64,000 bases of DNA from Antedon mediterranea (Eukaryota; Animalia; Echinodermata): NCBI RefSeq assembly GCF_964355755.1, contig NC_092676.1, positions 18,618,871 to 18,682,870 of the forward strand. Reading direction: 5' to 3'. The translations under genes were made by a program, and so were the position numbers. The notes beneath the pieces are model-generated. The model worked only from the letters and a program-made list of their open reading frames with translations, made no database searches and was not told the DNA's origin. Positions 63,901 through 64,000 of the stretch are shown here, piece by piece (within the stretch, counting starts at the first letter, position 1; each line of letters opens with the position of its first letter).

Positions 63901-64000
63901 TTCATTTTAGCAACTTTGAGGTAAATATCATACAGTGGCGTCAGCTCCATTCTGATTTACGGAATCTCGCCACATGGTTGACAGAGGCAGAAACGATCAT
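3820..64000 (+). CDS. DMD: Dystrophin (DMD/utrophin family), internal part: 32 exons, CH2 domain to spectrin repeat ~R17; both gene ends lie outside the window
   Basis: Spliced translation is open across all 32 GT-AG exons with consistent phases. Diagnostic motifs: [99 protein letters not shown]. Confidence 0.97.
4020..4130 (+). mobile_element. Non-LTR retrotransposon (CR1/L2-group) reverse-transcriptase C-terminal fragment
   Basis: Translates [23 protein letters not shown], matching the post-RT E-x-x-Q-K-R-A-x-R-x-I motif of LINE ORF2. Confidence 0.7.
4664..4766. mobile_element. MITE family A copy (internally deleted)
   Basis: tctgtctatactatcaaact...gatagtagtgtagacagagct ends. Confidence 0.7.
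5353..5433 (+). CDS. DMD: Dystrophin exon (3' part of exon 6 equivalent), CH2
   Basis: ttgcag|A TAT...TTC AG|gtaaga; [27 protein letters not shown]. Confidence 0.95.
6660..6775 (+). CDS. DMD: Dystrophin exon (exon 7 equivalent), CH2
   Basis: ttctag|A CCT...GAA G|gtatag; [38 protein letters not shown]. Confidence 0.95.
7098..7246 (+). CDS. DMD: Dystrophin exon (exon 8 equivalent), end of CH2 and hinge 1
   Basis: ttttag|AT GTC...CGT|gtaagt; [24 protein letters not shown]...PISR. Confidence 0.93.
7479..7596. mobile_element. MITE family A copy
   Basis: agctgtcaacactatcaaact...agtttgatagtgtggacagagct; internal gtccatatatgggcacatca shared with other copies. Confidence 0.75.
8828..9044. repeat. 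Tandem duplication of ~105-110 bp
   Basis: aaaaatcaaagaaat.aaatttatttacaaaaaa...tttctcattgaca occurs twice. Confidence 0.75.
10464..10622 (+). CDS. DMD: Dystrophin exon (exon 10 equivalent), start of R1
   Basis: ttacag|CCT...GAG|gtattg; [24 protein letters not shown]...KEQFHMHE. Confidence 0.93.
11158..11951. repeat. Minisatellite of mixed 30-bp and 21-bp units
   Basis: GAGAGATATGGGTTTAATCCTAATGTTTTT and ATGGGTTTAATCCTAATGTTT, near-perfect. Confidence 0.97.
13469..13650 (+). CDS. DMD: Dystrophin exon (exon 11 equivalent), R1
   Basis: tactag|GAC...TCA CA|gtaagt; [14 protein letters not shown]...[21 protein letters not shown]; 182 bp. Confidence 0.95.
14195..14573. repeat. Local direct duplication of ~150 bp (14195-14345 and 14419-14573)
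   Basis: acattaaatcaaa...gaatgcaggttc...gaagtaaaggtagctcagct...ttccttggtcaaat occurs twice. Confidence 0.88.
15998..16142 (+). CDS. DMD: Dystrophin exon (exon 12 equivalent), R2
   Basis: ttgcag|A TTA...AGG|gtaggt; [24 protein letters not shown]...QVDQHR. Confidence 0.95.
16381..16622. repeat. Degenerate (ATC/ATT)n low-complexity tract
   Basis: attcatcattatcatcatc...gttatcatc. Confidence 0.8.
16650..16740 (+). CDS. DMD: Dystrophin exon (most of exon 13 equivalent), R2
   Basis: gtttag|AAT...AAT G|gttagt; [30 protein letters not shown]. Confidence 0.95.
17149..17387 (+). CDS. DMD: Dystrophin exon (end of exon 13 plus exons 14-15 equivalent), R2-R3
   Basis: tatcag|CA ACG...AAG|gtacgt; [31 protein letters not shown]...NRLK. 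Confidence 0.95.
17903..18085 (+). CDS. DMD: Dystrophin exon (exon 16 equivalent), R3
   Basis: ctgcag|CTA...CAG|gtgagt; [17 protein letters not shown]...[20 protein letters not shown]. Confidence 0.93.
18385..19171. mobile_element. Hairpin-bearing interspersed element with TATATAAC ends (family unassigned, possibly Crypton-like)
   Basis: Long hairpin at ~18402-18490; inverted pair tatataacatctaaatagattcctgtcatttga (18529) / tcaaatgacaggaatttatttaggtgttatata (to 19171); homologous end at 37250-37383. Confidence 0.55.
20712..21134 (-). CDS. Candidate nested antisense gene, 140-aa protein of unknown function with Cys-rich C-terminus
   Basis: aataATGA start; [33 protein letters not shown]...[16 protein letters not shown]; GC-elevated open frame inside an AT-rich intron; no family recognised. 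Confidence 0.4.
   Translation of the reverse strand: MTTWQVSEFLERNDESVTFIRDVRAETLVLKNGTIEAHKVTVGNVAVIKPEPSFAGQRHLGRRNRVLPSISYEPQLLHTSSEQESRNTSRAPQSHNTAHAPQSHNTPRAPQSHEQVNKDELETTCGSKWCEYLTCIFLRC
24586..24861 (+). CDS. DMD: Dystrophin exon (exons 17-18 equivalent), hinge 2 and start of R4
   Basis: tttcag|GTT...ACG|gtaagt; ...[24 protein letters not shown]... Confidence 0.9.
25012..25099 (+). CDS. DMD: Dystrophin exon (exon 19 equivalent), R4
   Basis: ttttag|GAT...GAA G|gtaaca; [29 protein letters not shown]; 88 bp. Confidence 0.92.
25110..25540 (+). mobile_element. LINE 3'-end remnant (ORF2 C-terminus, 3' UTR, (CTAT)n tail)
   Basis: [14 protein letters not shown]...[23 protein letters not shown] matches the H-x-L-H...R-x-x-x-S-F-x-P-x-A-I C-terminal motif of CR1-group LINEs; ends in ctatctatcta. 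Confidence 0.7.
26245..26486 (+). CDS. DMD: Dystrophin exon (exon 20 equivalent), R4-R5
   Basis: ctttag|AT GAA...CAA|gtaagt; ...[11 protein letters not shown]...[10 protein letters not shown]; 242 bp. Confidence 0.93.
27949..28278 (+). CDS. DMD: Dystrophin exon (exons 21-22 equivalent), R5-R6
   Basis: gtgtag|AAA...AAG|gtagat; ...[20 protein letters not shown]...MEDQAQKFK. Confidence 0.92.
28819..29034 (+). CDS. DMD: Dystrophin exon (exon 23 equivalent), R6-R7
   Basis: ttacag|GAA...CAG|gtgggt; [16 protein letters not shown]...WREVSGTL...LKLWQ. Confidence 0.92.
29229..29290 (+). mobile_element. SINE central-domain fragment
   Basis: ggtccagt...atgtgcactttaaagagcccagtgcatcttctggaagagtgggg is similar to the SINE body at 39860-39930. 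Confidence 0.5.
29709..29822 (+). CDS. DMD: Dystrophin exon (exon 24 equivalent), R7
   Basis: taatag|GAT...AAG|gtaata; [17 protein letters not shown]...[16 protein letters not shown]; 114 bp. Confidence 0.93.
29842..30409. repeat. 24-bp minisatellite (~23 copies)
   Basis: GCCTGTGGA(A/G)TGGGAATCTTTTCT repeats starting ~20 bp after an exon donor. Confidence 0.97.
31031..31357 (+). CDS. DMD: Dystrophin exon (exons 25-26 equivalent), R7-R8
   Basis: aactag|GCT...AAG|gtaaat; ...[33 protein letters not shown]...; 327 bp. Confidence 0.93.
31721..31888 (+). CDS. DMD: Dystrophin exon (exon 27 equivalent), R8
   Basis: tttcag|CTG...AAG|gttagt; LGQEELKNK...LESKCK. Confidence 0.88.
32297..32437 (+). CDS. 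DMD: Dystrophin exon (exon 28 equivalent), R9
   Basis: attcag|ATT...GAT|gtaggt; [12 protein letters not shown]...[10 protein letters not shown]. Confidence 0.9.
32486..32650. mobile_element. PIF/Harbinger-type MITE, family A (best copy)
   Basis: Imperfect TIRs AGCTCTGTCTACACTATCGAACT...AGTTTAATAGTGTAGACAGAGCT flanked by TAA/TAA. Confidence 0.8.
32892..33044 (+). CDS. DMD: Dystrophin exon (exon 29 equivalent), R9
   Basis: ttacag|GTA...AGG|gttagc; VLESSLQKH...[11 protein letters not shown]...EEVTKR. Confidence 0.9.
33205..33339. mobile_element. MITE family A copy
   Basis: agcactgtctaca...tagtgtagacagac; internal atatggtagtgatatg repeats shared with the 32486 copy. Confidence 0.72.
33465..33626 (+). 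CDS. DMD: Dystrophin exon (exon 30 equivalent), R9-R10
   Basis: tattag|GCT...GAG|gtttac; [13 protein letters not shown]...SDVPEEFE; 162 bp. Confidence 0.92.
34002..34130 (+). CDS. DMD: Dystrophin exon (exon 31 equivalent), R10
   Basis: tttcag|CAA...AGG|gtaaga; [10 protein letters not shown]...QQQIDMLR. Confidence 0.9.
34632..34805 (+). CDS. DMD: Dystrophin exon (exon 32 equivalent), R10-R11
   Basis: aaacag|AAA...ATG|gtaatt; [23 protein letters not shown]...[11 protein letters not shown]; 174 bp. Confidence 0.95.
35503..35829 (+). CDS. DMD: Dystrophin exon (exons 33-34 equivalent), R11-R12
   Basis: tgttag|GGT...GAG|gtaata; [35 protein letters not shown]...[11 protein letters not shown]; 327 bp. 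Confidence 0.96.
36271..36453 (+). CDS. DMD: Dystrophin exon (exon 35 equivalent), R12
   Basis: attcag|AAA...AAG|gtaagg; [23 protein letters not shown]...QDAIK. Confidence 0.88.
37250..37383. repeat. Second copy of the 19030-19171 element end
   Basis: aaaagtactatta...gccatgtgactcacaatcatccaatcaaatgacaagaatttatttagatgttatata. Confidence 0.65.
37617..37760 (+). CDS. DMD: Dystrophin exon (exon 36 equivalent), R13
   Basis: ttccag|GAT...AAG|gtatat; [27 protein letters not shown]...INKYK. Confidence 0.9.
37821..38229. mobile_element. Non-autonomous TIR element (P-superfamily-like MITE)
   Basis: Perfect 32-bp TIR CAAAGAACTTATAACACAAGAATCTCCTGTTC, 7-bp TSD TTTGTAA, CANRG terminus, internal ~84-bp tandem duplication. 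Confidence 0.8.
38693..38851 (+). CDS. DMD: Dystrophin exon (exon 37 equivalent), R13
   Basis: ttacag|AAA...AAG|gtaaag; [24 protein letters not shown]...[23 protein letters not shown]. Confidence 0.93.
39110..40040 (-). mobile_element. tRNA-derived SINE with Deu/Nin-like central domain and L2-like tail, interrupted by MITE B
   Basis: Minus strand: A-box TGTCGCCGAGCGG, B-box GGTTCGAG, body GGATAAGAACTAAATCGTAGGTCC...GTGCACTTTAAAGAACC...TTCGAGACGAGTAGGGG...CCCCGGTG, tail CAGCGTCTTTGA...GGCGCTTTACAAAT at 39110-39160. Confidence 0.7.
39165..39731. mobile_element. PIF/Harbinger-type MITE, family B
   Basis: TIR TACCCCTTTCACACCAAAA / TTTTGGTGTGAAAGGGGTA, TSD TAA/TAA, internal GGTGTGAAAGG and CTCCGGAG repeats. 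Confidence 0.85.
43202..43891 (+). CDS. DMD: Large dystrophin exon: ~185-aa acidic insert plus exon 38 equivalent
   Basis: ttccag|GAA...TTG|gtgagt; 230 codons, phase 0/0; its C-terminal [12 protein letters not shown] resembles human exon 38 GVNLKEEDFNKDM. Confidence 0.85.
44073..44378 (+). CDS. DMD: Dystrophin exon (exons 39-40 equivalent), R14-R15
   Basis: ctatag|GAA...GAG|gtaaga; DLINRGEQI...[23 protein letters not shown]...DENKLE. Confidence 0.93.
48085..48159. repeat. 22-bp tandem repeat (3.4 copies) containing palindrome ATGAATATTCAT
   Basis: ATGAATATTCATAGTACTTGAC at 48085, 48107, 48129 and partial at 48151. Confidence 0.92.
48485..48586 (+). CDS. Candidate alternative first coding exon encoding a hydrophobic (transmembrane/signal-anchor-like) N-terminus
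   Basis: aagaATG...ACG|gtatga; [34 protein letters not shown]; phase-0 donor compatible with the exon at 51695. Confidence 0.5.
49560..49830 (-). mobile_element. Degenerate partial copy of family C element
   Basis: tccaatcaaatg...gattagtaagagcaataat...aaagacagcataaatggttatc is the reverse complement of part of 63060-63350. Confidence 0.65.
51695..52087 (+). CDS. DMD: Dystrophin exon (exons 41-42 equivalent), R15-R16
   Basis: ttgtag|GCA...AAG|gtgaga; [17 protein letters not shown]...[24 protein letters not shown]...[12 protein letters not shown]. Confidence 0.93.
54441..54551. repeat. G-rich ~24-bp tandem repeat
   Basis: AAAGGGGGTT(C/G)GTC(G/A)GTTGGTTGA, about four copies. Confidence 0.88.
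54998..55360 (-). repeat. Degenerate tandemly repeated SINE central-domain fragments
   Basis: Two copies of gaaagatgaactgggttctttaaagtgcaca and three of tatcagtcca, similar to 39860-39905. Confidence 0.55.
55985..56080. mobile_element. MITE family A partial copy
   Basis: ctacactatcaaactttatgtgacaaaatgtgatgtgcccatatatggac matches one family end. Confidence 0.65.
57075..57110 (+). CDS. Candidate alternative first coding exon ([12 protein letters not shown])
   Basis: aataATGG start context, 12 codons, consensus donor TGG|gtaagt in phase 0, compatible with the exon at 61774. Confidence 0.5.
59785..60145. repeat. Purine-rich degenerate tandem repeat
   Basis: Recurrent cactggaaggcatgg, gaaagtgcacttgaag and gaatgtatgggaaaggg. 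Confidence 0.75.
61774..61946 (+). CDS. DMD: Dystrophin exon (exon 43 equivalent), R16
   Basis: ttgtag|GCG...GAA AG|gtaaat; AIKEALDTL...[13 protein letters not shown]; 173 bp, phase 0/2. Confidence 0.93.
63057..63456. mobile_element. Foldback MITE (Harbinger-like ends), family C
   Basis: TIR AGGCCCATTCACACTAGGACGATAACGATC / GATCGTTATCGTCCTAGTGTGAATGGGCCT, TAA/TTA flanks; imperfect complementarity extends ~170 bp inward. Confidence 0.82.
63911..64000 (+). CDS. DMD: Dystrophin exon (exon 44 equivalent), start of R17, truncated by the window end
   Basis: ttttag|C AAC...; [29 protein letters not shown] resembles human RFDRSVEKWRRFHYDIKIFNQWLTEAEQF. Confidence 0.92.

Noticed and set aside
63911-63920. 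Apparent 10-nt microexon (ag|CAACTTTGAG|gtaaat)
   Set aside because: The frame continues with clear similarity to human exon 44 (WRQLHSDL...WLTEAE), so the GT is most likely internal to a longer exon.

Overview
AT-rich, intron-rich animal genomic DNA, probably from an invertebrate (a deuterostome is plausible but not provable from the sequence). The whole window lies inside one plus-strand dystrophin (DMD/utrophin-family) gene. I reconstructed 32 GT-AG exons in one continuous frame (3820 to >64000, about 2,139 codons), from the second calponin-homology domain through spectrin repeats R1 to the start of R17, equivalent to human DMD exons 6-44. Many exon lengths match the human ones exactly, and one 690-bp exon adds a ~185-aa acidic insert absent from human dystrophin. 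The introns hold PIF/Harbinger- and P-type MITEs, a Deu/Nin-domain tRNA-SINE, LINE remnants and minisatellites. Most interesting are candidate alternative first coding exons in the two largest introns: one encodes a transmembrane-like helix ([34 protein letters not shown], 48485-48586) and one encodes [12 protein letters not shown] (57075-57110), and both end in in-frame donors, suggesting short and possibly membrane-anchored dystrophin isoforms. There is also a 140-aa antisense nested ORF (20712-21134). Isoform and nested-gene calls are inferences that need transcript evidence.
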